Under the pieces are notes generated by a model that did no database searches, was not told the origin of the DNA, and was given only the letters and a program-made list of their open reading frames with translations. Made by a program: the position numbers and the translations under genes. A DNA stretch of 58,840 nucleotides, filler included, from Sphacelaria rigidula (Eukaryota): the NCBI GenBank assembly GCA_964200075.2. It is 6 parts of 6 records of this genome, joined end to end, with 100 filler letters (N's around TTAATTAATTAA, not from the genome) between each part and the next. Parts side by side here need not be neighbours in the genome. Positions count along the whole stretch, not along the records: positions 9,826 to 19,549 come from CAXNAA020007890.1; positions 19,650 to 29,373 come from CAXNAA020007891.1; 4 more parts are not named here. One strand, written 5' to 3'. Below, piece by piece: positions 12,338 to 23,600 of this stretch (its first letter is position 1; every line of letters starts with the position of its first letter).

Positions 12338-12703
12338 ACGCTTCAGATGTTCTGTTCAATGACGTAATGGTTCGACGAGCCGAATTGTAGATCTTGATAT
12401 CCGCGCGAACAGGAATTGTGGTGCGGAAGGAGCAAAATAAGGATCCACGTGACGGTGGAGGGGAGGAGAACAGCTATTTTCTGACGTAGCTGTCCCTCCC
12501 ACAAGACCCTGACCGCGAAACAGACACCCTCCTGGCAGGGGGTGTACAACGGAAAGATAACGGAGCGCGATGCTTCGCCAACAAAGGTTCTTCAAATTTC
12601 ACGCCTCGTGCGTTACCTCCCTACCCGTGTCATTCTGTTTCAGGTTAAGCTAAGGACACCGCCCCAGCGCTATCTTCGTAGTGACAGACAGCAAATAGGT
12701 AAA

Positions 12704-15700
12704 ATGATCGATTCGAGTGATCCTGGTATCAACAGCGTGGACGAGCTGTTCATGCTGGTGTCGACCCTGTTTGTCCTTCTCATGCAGGCCGGATTTGGTC
12801 TTTACGAGGTGAGAAGGAGAAGGTTGAAGTAGAATGAATAGTGCGCCAAGTGTTGCTCTTGCTATAGAATATAAAAATGCATCGTTTTCGTCGATTTGCA
12901 AACACGGTTTAGCCGGTCAAGCATTGAACGTGTTATCGTGCGTCCATCTGGTATTGCTGATCACTGTCACCATTCAAGTTCCTCACGTTTATCCGTGTTC
13001 CACATTCATCTATTTTTGTCGTCTATGTTGCATGTGGTTCTTTACACGGAAGGTGGGCTACATACACGTATATCGATGAGTTGCACGGTTCAGTTGTCGC
13101 TCAACCCCAGGAGTATAATCGCCAGGCAAGGATGCAAGCCTTGCATATGCAGTTTCACGGTATGCTTTCGTGCATTCATTACTGTTGACCAACACCACCA
13201 CACACGTCTCTCGGTCTTCGGTAGTGTGTTGCAATACTGTGTGTGCAGACTACGGTAGATTGAAGGAATTATTGTGCAACATGGGCTGACCATAGCTTTC
13301 ATTGCAACCGGTACAACATAGGAGAGGTCAAGTGCTTTGGGAGGGACGTCTCGGCTACTAGTTTATCCGAAAATAGCCCATTGTGAGGCATTCCTTCAGG
13401 CAAGAATGGTTGATTTAGATCATTCGTGATGTAAATGCTCAACATTATACCGGTAACTTAACGATGCCTCGCCTCGCGGACCTGCATGCACCGTCACGCC
13501 GACGAGCCCTGTTGTTTAGGACAACACTTGACACACAGCCTACCGCGATATGCTTCCACAGAGCACGATAAAAGTATCAGACATTACGGTCTGTATGACA
13601 TAGCGGCGCCGTACATCGCGTATGTAATTATCCTAGAGTCTAGCTTGACCGTATTTTGCGGTCCATCTGGTGTGGTATACAGTAGAGCAGTCAGATCATT
13701 ATCAGCTACTAGTTGATACAGAGCTGTTATTGCACAGCAATACGATACGTCGCGTCACACAGTCGTGCACTATATTTTAGCCAAGCCATCGCAAAGATTC
13801 CACCATTACATATGTTACCACGCTTCTTTCAACTCTCCCCTTCCTCGGGGCGATTCCCGGAACCCAATACATGAACTAACCACCCACCCCCGATACCCGC
13901 CTGGTGTTTTGTTGTCGAGCATTACATCAGCACTTCGGCACCCCGTCGGCTCTTGTCGAAAACCTTTCGGGCTCCCGTCGTTACGCTTTGTTGGATGAAA
14001 AACAGATCCTGCTTGACAAAATCGTGAATAAATGTCGAGGTTCGGATCCACAGCCTCCCTCCCGAACTCGCTTCCGGTGTACTACTTGGACCATCCGGGC
14101 CCGGTGGCTGTAGTTCCATTCCTTGATCTACATCGAAGTCCCTGTTCCGGGGTGCGTGTCGCAGTCCACAACAGTCGGCTGTGGCTCCTGTATTCTTTCC
14201 TCTCTGCTGCACCCTACAGTATAGTGGTTTCGTTTTGGCGTGACAAGTCGACAAGAGCGGCGTGTATGCTATGATTGTGCAATGCAGTACCGTACAGTAA
14301 TTTAATATTACTGAGTTACGTATGTTGAAACGAGCGCTGGGTTTGACGTGCACATCACGATACTTTCTGATAGCATCGACAGGGGCGCATGGACGAACGA
14401 TCACTCACGCGAGAAGTTCGGTCTTACGACGAAACTGGAAACACGCAAGGAATAGTCAAAAACGCAAAGTACAGTGGCGTAATATAAGGAGACGGACAGG
14501 CACATAGCTCTAGGCAGGCAGATAGGCACACGGGCTCCTAGGCTGGTATCGGAGAAGAAGGGAGGCAGAGGCTGAGAAAGATGGAAACATAATGTGAACA
14601 AATACCACTCGTACAAATGATCGAGGGTGTTGGAGAGATTATGACGGCGGGCACACGTCAGCAATCTCTGTAACAGTGTGGCTGTTCCGTTGCGGTGCCT
14701 CAAACAACTGCTGTCGACCACCACTAGAGAGGCATTTATAAGGGCGCGGCTCGTTCCCCTGAATGTTCAAAGTCGAGTGAAAGGGTCGCAGACGATTCTC
14801 CTCTTCATGAACTCGTCTTTACGTGGCGGACCTCGACGCCGGTTTTAAACTGGGTCTGCAAGTGAAACGGTGTCCGCTTGGCTGCGATGTCAAAGAGTGT
14901 AGGGACCGTACTAAACGCCCTAGACCTGACCCAGTCAATATCCTGCCTGTATATAGGGTGTAGAACGTACGGACTGTGTGCGGGTTTCATAGACAATCCG
15001 TGGACCTGCGGTGACTTCAGATCGACGGAACTCGAGCTGGGCACAGGCCAGGTGTTTTTTGCCTGTTTTGTCTCTCATGACATTTTTTCTCCCTCTCCAT
15101 TGTCCGGCAACACGCTGATAGTACGAGAATAGTAGTGGAATATTGTGCATTCTTCGGGTAGGTATCGAGGCAACTGTACGAAACGCGATTACACTCTTCA
15201 GATATTGAACTAACTCGGCGGAAAAGACAGAGGAGAGAAAAAGAAGCTCGCCCAAGGGGAAAGACGCCACCGTTTAAGGAGGTAAGAACGGTCTCGATGA
15301 GCTCTTGGTTCGCGAGCCAATCAATGAGCGCATATATGTTGGGGAAGGGCAAATGACGCTGCGCGGGAGAGTGCGCCCTGCTAGATAGTCCTCGTGAGTC
15401 GCTGCTGTTGTGTACACATTGTTAATGTGAATATGCGTTATCGGTTTGCAAGAACCTCCCGATTGTTCTAATGAATCACTGCTGAGACCGTTTTTCATGG
15501 CAGTCACCGATCTCGAGTTTCACGCAGATCGGGAGTAAAAAATCGGGGAACGCGCTTTATGGATCCCGATCTGGGCCAAAGCGTGGGAGAAACAATCTGG
15601 GTGTCACGGTTTTACAACCATTTCCCCCGATGTTTTCGCAAAAATCGGGGGACAGCTGAGGTCCCTCCGATTTTTGAGGAGATGGCGTACGAACATTGAC

Positions 15701-17969
15701 GTACAATGGCAGAGTAAGAGGTGCTTGATATTTTTGCAACCGCTTCACAAGACAAGTGTCGTGACTGCGCAGGGCGTGCCTGCCCGAGGCAGCTGCTGAA
15801 GCAGCTTCGTACGGGGACAAACGGATAATAAGTATTGACGCCGTATCCTGCGGCGATGGTAATATTTTATGCTGCGCTGCGCTGCCACATGGATCACCAT
15901 GACGAACGCTACTGTACTATCCTAGTCTGTTGTCGCTGCACTTGCAGGGTGATGCATAGCACTGCACTACGGAACTCTTCTCGCACACTGTCTGTTCACT
16001 GTTCTCACGATACGGACTGTGCCATCTTGTATTATTTTTTTCTCACACTTTGAACCCCTCCCCTTCCTCGGGATAAGTCCGTGGTCTTGAGGGATCAACC
16101 CATCTCTCCCCCGGTACGTTCCTTTCATTTTGGTCTCGCGGATTGGGTCAGCACTTCCGCACCGCGTNNNNNNNNNNATACATTACGAAGAAAAATCTCA
16201 ACGTATCGGGAATCGAACATATGTTCTCTCCACCCTAATGGCGACAGTCGGACCATTACACCACCGGGGCGCGGCATACCACACGGCATTATCATGTACT
16301 GTAATGATGGAGTGTACTGCACTGGATTGCCCTAGGGTACCACGGTACGATGCTGTGCTCGAAGGATTATTCGCCGCCTGCCTGCTCTTCGGCTTCACGA
16401 GTACGCGATACCACACTCAGGCAGAAAATGACTGTGTGCACAGAACTGTTTCACAAATCTGTAATACCATGAAACGATCCCTCCGATTTGAGTTCGCAAA
16501 TATGAGTCCCTCCGACTTTGAAGAAATCGGGGTCTCCACAAAATCGAGATTCGTTGCCATCAAAGTAGGTCTAATGGAGATAAGCGCTTTTGAAAATGAA
16601 GCGTGATCCCGGTGAAAAGTGACACTGCGATCATCCATGGGAATGGTGCATTTTGTTGAACACTGTAGTTTACACCACCTGGTATGATAAAAAAATCCGC
16701 CAAGAACGCAACGACGTACCAAAAGATATCCTCTATCTCGTACATCGCTCCAGCAATGTGCTCCGAGCCATACCCAACGATTATGATGTGTTGTCCGGAA
16801 TCAGTAATTGCAGACTTCATTTTTAAAGTATGAATAGCAAGCATAACAATAAATCGTTTCAGTTCCGAAATGAGCCTCCACGAGGCCCGATACGTTTTCG
16901 GTGGTAGCTTGCCATTGGAGCCCGTGATATCCCCAAGTAGGATATCGACGTGTAGCTGTAAGCACACGCCAGTGTTACAGGCAAAGAAAGGCACACACAA
17001 AATGGAAAAAAAATGTCAAGTTAACCCTTTGGGAACCCATTGACGATGACGATTTTTGTTTTTGTGAATCGGCATAATTTTTCATCATGTCAAAATAATG
17101 CCGAGTTACACAAACAAAAATCGTCAACAGGTTTCGAAAGGGTTACAGCGAACGATAAAACCCACTCTCAGTCTACTCTACGCTCTACTCTCGATCTCAT
17201 GAAAACATTGTTGCATGCGGTTTGAGGGACTTGAAAAATGAGCGCCCATCATCCCGCACGTGACCGGAACTTGTGACTCTAGATGTCAACTTAACGCGCC
17301 TCTCATAAATAACTCAGATACCCATCAATGAGGTTACGGTAGGCACATGAGGTCAGAGTTGGTTTTGGCACGACCTGCCCGATAAAATGAAGAAGCTACT
17401 GCACGATGCACCATCGTCGAACCTGGCAACAGCAGCCTCACAACACCATCCTCCACTGGCTGTACACATATTAGCAAGCGCGTTCACGGAGAGCCGATCT
17501 TAGTACCATTCGCGCAGGTGATGAAGAAGCTGGCGTCTGTTATAGTAGCTCACCCATCCAGTTCGCAACAGACTGCTTTGGATTGATCGCGGGCAGGGTA
17601 AGAGCGGGACCGTGGGCGGGACTGTGGGCGGGACTGTCACAAATAATGAGGATGTAACTTCGACTTTCTCGAAAGCTGTGCAGGGTGGTGCAGTGCTGTG
17701 TGGCGGCCACGCCGCGTTCTTGCGGTCGTCTCACCTCAAGTTGCGTATTGGCTGATACGTTATTGGTGTACTGGATACGCTACATACTCCGAGACTGCAG
17801 GGTCTTGTTTTTCGAGGAATTCGACTTTGAAAACATAATTCCCAAATGAGTGTTAATATCCCGTCACCTGCGGGACCATGATCGCCTCCACGAATCCAAG
17901 TCCAACGGAAAACAGCAGAATAAATTCCGTTGCCCTGCGCACTTTGTTTCTGCATACCTGTACGCCCTC

Positions 17970-18014
<45 letters not shown>

Positions 18015-18198
18015 CCCCCCCCTCTCTCTCTCCTTGTGCAGTCTGGAACTATATTTCGTACAGATGCGAAAGGAATCTTGATCAAGAACATCGGGGATGC
18101 GGCCGTCGCGTACATATGTTGGTTCGTTTGCGGGTACGCATTCGCCTTCGGCTCTGGATCTGTCTTCATCGGATATGAACAGGGAGCCTTTTTGTCCA
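12704..18198 (+). CDS. AMT: Ammonium transporter (Amt/Mep/Rh family), N-terminal two coding exons; 3' part not in scaffold
   Basis: Exon 12704-12808 (ATG..GAG|GT) encodes MIDSSDPGINSVDELFMLVSTLFVLLMQAGFGLYE. Exon 18042-18198 (CAG|..A|GT) encodes SGTIFRTDAKGILIKNIGDAAVAYICWFVCGYAFAFGSGSVFIGYEQGAFLS. The phase-0 join reproduces Amt TM1 'MQAGF..E.G' and TM2 'KN..D......W...GYAFAFG....FIG'. Confidence 0.88.
16040..16272 (-). mobile_element. tRNA-derived SINE (in AMT intron)
   Basis: Minus-strand head GCCCCGGTGGTGTAATGGTCCG (A-box) ... GTTCGATTCCCG (B-box). The body matches 55459-55768. Confidence 0.8.
16850..17215. repeat. Dispersed repeat shared with ~58090-58430
   Basis: Colinear similarity: GTTCCGAA..CACGAGGCCCG..TAGCTTGCCA..GATATCCC..TATCGACGTGTAGCTG..GGCAAAGAAA, and after the TTAA insertion AGCGAACGAT..CACTCTCA..CTCTACTC. 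Confidence 0.8.
17025..17142. mobile_element. piggyBac-type MITE (TTAA target)
   Basis: TTAA|CCCTTTGGGAACC...GGTTTCGAAAGGG|TTAC, with an internal inverted repeat GACGATTTTTGTTT / AAACAAAAATCGTC. Confidence 0.7.
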
Positions 18199-18570
18199 GT
18201 GAGTTTTGCATGACTAAGAGAGAGCGGAAGCTACGTTGCAAGTACTGAGGTGCTGTGTGGCCGTGCGCGAATCAAGGATTTGTCAGTGTTCTCGTCCATA
18301 CATACTCGCTACGCTCGGAACTAATAATGCCGCTGTGTTGGTATTGCCAAACCGAGGGGGCCTATATCGGGAAATCCATGTACCACCCCCTCTTTCGCCG
18401 CACAAACCTCATTCTGGGGTTGGAGAAGAGGGGAGCGGGGGGGAGGGGGGAGGGGGGGGGGGGAGCACCCAATGTGCGAGGGGGGGCGCCCCCGGGGGGG
18501 GGGGCGAGGGTAATAGTAGNNNNNNNNNNAGCATGTGTTGCCCGACGCGCGATTGAACAGAGAGGCATGA

Positions 18571-18624
<54 letters not shown>

Positions 18625-18680
18625 GTACCCAATTTCACAGGGGGGTACCCCCCTGATGGCTGGATGATGGTAATAGTAGT
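17970..18680. repeat. Poly-C / poly-G tracts and G-rich repeat flanking AMT exon 2
   Basis: Long C run at 17970-18022 and G runs at 18436-18505 and 18573-18623. The unit GGGAG(C/T)ACCCAAT..GGGGGG..CCCC..GGTAATAGTAG is repeated, with related sequence at ~50315-50380. Confidence 0.8.
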
Positions 18681-18864
18681 TGCTCCTGCACCGCACGCGT
18701 TTGCCAGTCATTTCGGCCTGCGCCGGGTGTACCGAAACGGTAGGTGGTAGGGGTAAGTCGAAGCAAGTAGAGAAAAAGATGTCCGCAGAAGCAGGAAGTA
18801 AATATCAAAGCGCTGAGGGTAACGTCGCTGGAAATGTGCCGCAGATTCCAGGATTCATGCAAGG

Positions 18865-19088
18865 GGTGAACGTAACTTGGGTGCTTGCCTTTATTTTTTT
18901 CGCGGGAGGGGTACAGCAGTCCCTTTCCCTCGTCGACGGTGAAGTCAAATTTTGTGAACTCACGACATAGTCGCTCTCCACTGTGGGCATGGTGTGAGAA
19001 AAAAGTCCAAGGTCCTTCCGGGATTTGAACCCACGACCCGACCGTAAAAAGTTTTCGAGATTACCAACTGGGCCACCGGGGAGACCGG
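18865..19088 (-). mobile_element. tRNA-derived SINE
   Basis: Minus-strand head CCGGTCTCCCCGGTGGCCCAGTTGGTAA...GGGTTCAAATCCCG. The body (plus-strand GTGCTTGCCTTTATTTTT..GCAGTCCCTTTC) is related to 43385-43625. Confidence 0.8.
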
Positions 19089-19113
19089 CTTTGTTGGATA
19101 CTCTCTTTCGCGA

Positions 19114-19223
19114 CACGGGTGACCACTGGGGTGCCTGTGGCCTCAAATTTGGACGTTACAGACCTTGTGCAACGTCTGTAACGTCCAAATTTGAGGCCGC
19201 AGGCACCCCAGTGGCCACCCGTG
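19114..19223. mobile_element. 110-bp hairpin MITE (sister of 7196-7305)
   Basis: CACGGGTGACCACTGGGGTGCCTG...CAGGCACCCCAGTGGCCACCCGTG palindrome. Confidence 0.9.
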
Positions 19224-19549
19224 AACACCACGTCCATAACATTCCCCTTTGCAACCTCTCCCTCTTTTGTGTCACAGTGCAGTATGAATTGCGAGATATA
19301 TGTAGATACGTATACGCGTGGTATAAAACACGGATGTCTGCCCAAACGCGGGCAAAGTACGTGATCATTTGCGACTCACACATTGTGCAATATTAGAACA
19401 TTTTCGTGACTGCTGGTAACACCGCGCAGTCAACTTACTGCATCTACATTTTAGTCATTCAGTACCAGTACAGAACTAACAGCCGATTATATATTTTGGG
19501 GTTCATACAAAATATGGGGCTCAAGTGGCATATCTGTCTTGCACGGAAG

Positions 19550-19649
19550 NNNNNNNNNNNNNNNNNNNNNNNNNNNNNNNNNNNNNNNNNNNNTTAATTA
19601 ATTAANNNNNNNNNNNNNNNNNNNNNNNNNNNNNNNNNNNNNNNNNNNN
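19550..19649. other. Artificial scaffold-joining spacer
   Basis: 100 bp N-TTAATTAATTAA-N. Confidence 0.98.
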
Positions 19650-20692
19650 CAATGGTCTGATGACTATGACATGCATGATCACCAGTACACCCCCCCCGCC
19701 CGGCCTCCCCATTCCCCCTTCCCCCTACCGTTCAAAGAACATGGTTGCAACCACCGACAAGATTTGTACCTCTCCTTTTTGATGGGATATGCCGACTGAG
19801 GAGGCCGGAGGTTCTTTTTTCCCCACGGAAACCTGCAGACATACTTTTCCACATGTTCAGTGATTGTTTTATTCAGGAGCCATCCTCGGAACCTCGGATC
19901 GAAGCTATCGGAAAAATGGGCTAGATTCCCTCCGGTGGGGTGAACCAAAATGTCCAAATGCATGATCGAAGATGTTTCCTGCTCGGGAGCCGAAAACCGT
20001 GTTGGATGTTCCAAAACTGAACCCGTTCAAGGAATAGTCTGGTCTACAGCAGTTTCGTCGAACTGTTATTTGTTTGTGGGGGTGAATTTTCCACTTTCAG
20101 GATGATCAAAACAGCTTTGAGTCCTTCAACACCGACATATCGCCGTTTCACGTTTCACACACTCTACATCACCCCACCGAAAGGACTCTTGCCCACTTTC
20201 CGATTCGTTTGGCTCCGGCCTTTCGAGAATGATCTCTGAAGAAAAATTGGCTGAAGAAGAAATACAGTTTCCGAACGTGCTTTCCGCACATGAGATCATT
20301 GTGGGAAAAACGGGGTGTCGTTGGGACGCATACTCTACTCTATGAGATCGTGAAGACATGCCTAAGCGATCAGCGGTGGAACGTATTGGTAGCAGGCTGG
20401 GCTGCAGCTCACTGTGATGTGCTTACATGCGGCGAATTCGTTGAGTCTGAAATTTGAAGTGTGCCAGACATGTGAGGCTATAGGCTTGGCTTTGCTCGTG
20501 GTTTCTCAGGCGCGCCCTCTTCAAGTGACGTTGAGTTTGTGAACATACATTTAGTGTGTAGTTGCAGTGTGGTGTATTGTGATAATCCATTCCCCGCTCC
20601 CCCCCGCCCCCGGGCTAAAAACTCCGCATTTCCGTACAGTTCCTCAAATATATACATCTCATCCATGTTCTGGTTTCGTTGCTTGTCTGCAG

Positions 20693-23600
20693 CGCCTCCT
20701 ACGCGGGGTTGAACGAGTGGGAGGAGGCAGCAAACGATGCGGCCCAATGTATCAAGGTCAACAAGACTTTCGTTAAGGGTGAGTGAATTCTCTCAAGGCT
20801 TGCAACTGCTGACCTGAGAAATCAGGGCGTACGAGGTTCTACTCACACGACGCACGTCACGCACGCGTTGTTCCCGTGTCCTGATCTCGAAGTACTGATG
20901 GCGAGTAGCACGTGTTGTATTGTAGTCTCCCTACTCTGGCTGCTTTCATGTGGAATGATGTTGAGCCCCATTCGATTGTGCGTTTGTCAAGGGCAACACA
21001 TGAGATCACTTGAACACGTGGTGATACTTGGATGTTGTGTGTGCACAGGCTACTTCCGACTGGCGACGGCGAAGAAGAATCTTAATCAGTTGGATGACGC
21101 GGCCGACACTCTCAAGGTTAGCTCTGATATTATTCCGTTTAAAAGGGTGTTTTGGAGGCCCTTCCGGTGCATGAAATCTGTTGCTCATTGTTTTGTGCGA
21201 TGTCTCTACAGTTCGTAAAATCAGAACTCCACCGGTGTCTCAAGCATGTGTCCGGCTCGGAGTGCAGTGCCCACCGCTTGTTACTCGATTCTCGATATAT
21301 TCTTGTAATCGTGTTCCAGATGCACCACTCACTGCGTATCGTCTGCAGCAAACTTGACAGCAAATCCACGAAACGTTCAACACATGGATGGCTCAACTCT
21401 TGAATGCCTGGCGCCTACCTTGTTCTCATTTGTTGTTCACTGTTGACAGCGAGGTTTGGTGGTGGAGCCGCGCAACGCGGACCTTAAAAAAAACCTGAAG
21501 GAAATTGAGGAGCTCATCCGAGCCGAAAAGGTGCGTGAAACGACAGGACATGAGGATTCCCCGCATGAGCTTTGACTTTTACACCAAGGTCTGTGAAATT
21601 GTATCAACGCGACTGCAATGTTCCTCCGCATTCCGCTGCTAGAAGTGTACTACACCGACAACTGGTCGTTCTCGCACGGCCTTTAGTCTTGGTTCAACGC
21701 TGCAGCAATCGCCCGGATCGCTTCTGTTTGGCCCGATTTAATTTCTGCTCCTTAGCTGTCGTAACGTCCAGGTCAGCCGATGCCCGCCTGGTGACGTTTA
21801 CCGCAAGATGGTGTCGATTCTTCGACTTTGTATTTCAGCTGTACTTGACTGCAGAGCACTATGGTACGCACAAGGCCAGCACCCGAAACCGCGACGTCCC
21901 TGTAAAAATACACTAAACACGGATATGTTTTGGGACCGAATTTCCCCCTCAATCTAGCAAATTGGAGTCGACACTTCATGTCGTACCCCCTTACTCGTGG
22001 TGCTTGGGCCATGTTCCCAGACAAGTATTCGGCAATAGCTGCATGGCTCGAAATTTTGGTCCGCCCAATAAAATTTTATATCACACATTGCCAATACAGC
22101 CCCCCTACATCGCCGAACCGTACAGACAGCATTTCGCGAACTCCATCTGTACTCCCATTCATGGCCTTTGCAGCACCCCATCGTGACCTCCTCTCCCAGC
22201 CCTAACCACAAACACCCGTACCGCAGGTTGCCAGTCTAGTGTCATCGGCGGAAAGCCAGCTAAAGGCGGGGGACTACGGTGCGGCAGTTAGGACTGCCGA
22301 CGCCGGGATGCGGTTGGACGCGGGGAACAAGGACCTGCAAGCGGTGTTGGACAGGGCCAAACCGAAGTTCGAGGCGGCCGAGCGAGCTCGGCGATCGGGG
22401 CTTAGTAGTACCGAGCTTCTCAAAGAGAAGGGGGATGATGCTTACAAGAGAGCGGCTTTCGAGGTATGTTGTAGATTGACCTCAAATACAATTGTTCATT
22501 GGGTCGGACAAGTGGTGAGAGTTCGTTAAAGTTGGTCAGAGCAGCTGTCAAGTGCTGCACGAGTCAGAGGTTGAAACTTGGGTTGTCTTGCCCGTTTCTT
22601 GAGTTTTGTGTTCAACTGTCGAAAATCTAGAAGTTTTCATCCATCGTACATGAAATTGTTCGACAATTTGATTCGATCATTGATTCAATTACCCATTATC
22701 GCCACGGGACATCAAGTGGAACGCTACTGGTACAGGAATAAGGCCTCGTATCCGTACTGAGGGAGAGGGCTGGGCCCGCGCCTGATATGTATCACTTTTG
22801 AATTTTCAATATTGCTCGCCAAGTCTGCTGATGTCAAGCGAGAAACGAGCAAACATTTGTTTACATCAGTGCGCCGTACGTCGCATGAACGTACAGGGGA
22901 TATGTTCTCGTGTGGCGTGGTTGTTGGCCCCCGAAGTTAGTGTTCTCATCTCGAGTCTAATGCTGGATCGAGACGAAATTGATTCGACAATCAGTGAGCG
23001 ATCTAAAACGGAACAAAAAATCAAGTAAGGAAAAATCAAGTCGAAAATGGAACAAAAAATCTCCGTATCTCGCCAAACTATTCGTCTGTCAACCGACATT
23101 TATATTTACACCTTTGTGGCCTTTCATCATTTTTGCGTGTTTTTTATTTGGACCTGCACGTGTGGCTTGTCATCGTTGCGCAATTCGTGGAACTTAACAC
23201 TGCGCACACGTCAACACTGCCCGGGCTCGATCCTTCAATGATCGAGAACTTTTTTCGTCCGTTTTGTAGCCCAAGTGTGCAAGTTATGGCTTAATTTCCC
23301 TGCGCATGAATCAATCTACTCCCAGGATCCCGAAGGCATTCGTCATAGAGAGGGTCACCTACGTTGTAGGGTGACTTATAATTCACAACTCAACATTCCA
23401 ACGACCATGACCACTCTTCCTCTAGCCGGCTGAATTGCTTTGTTTCCTGTGGTCAACACTTTCGTTTTGATCGGTGTCTTGTGTCAAAAAATCATACAGG
23501 AAGCTATCGTTAAGTACACAGAGTGCCTTGACCAGCTGCCGGATAAGAAGAGCCCGCTGGCGATAAAGTGCTTCAGCAACCGGTCTGCCTGCTACAAGCA

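Noticed and set aside
11865..12362. Poly-His / poly-Val ORFs
   Set aside because: They are translations of a (GTG)n microsatellite.
14820..15050. Possible Gypsy RT-entry fragment (RIVYETRTQSVRSTPY) in the AMT intron
   Set aside because: The similarity is short and is not followed by recognisable RT motifs.
17850..18711. Poly-Pro / poly-Gly ORFs
   Set aside because: They arise from intronic C/G homopolymers. Only 18042-18198 is a supported exon.
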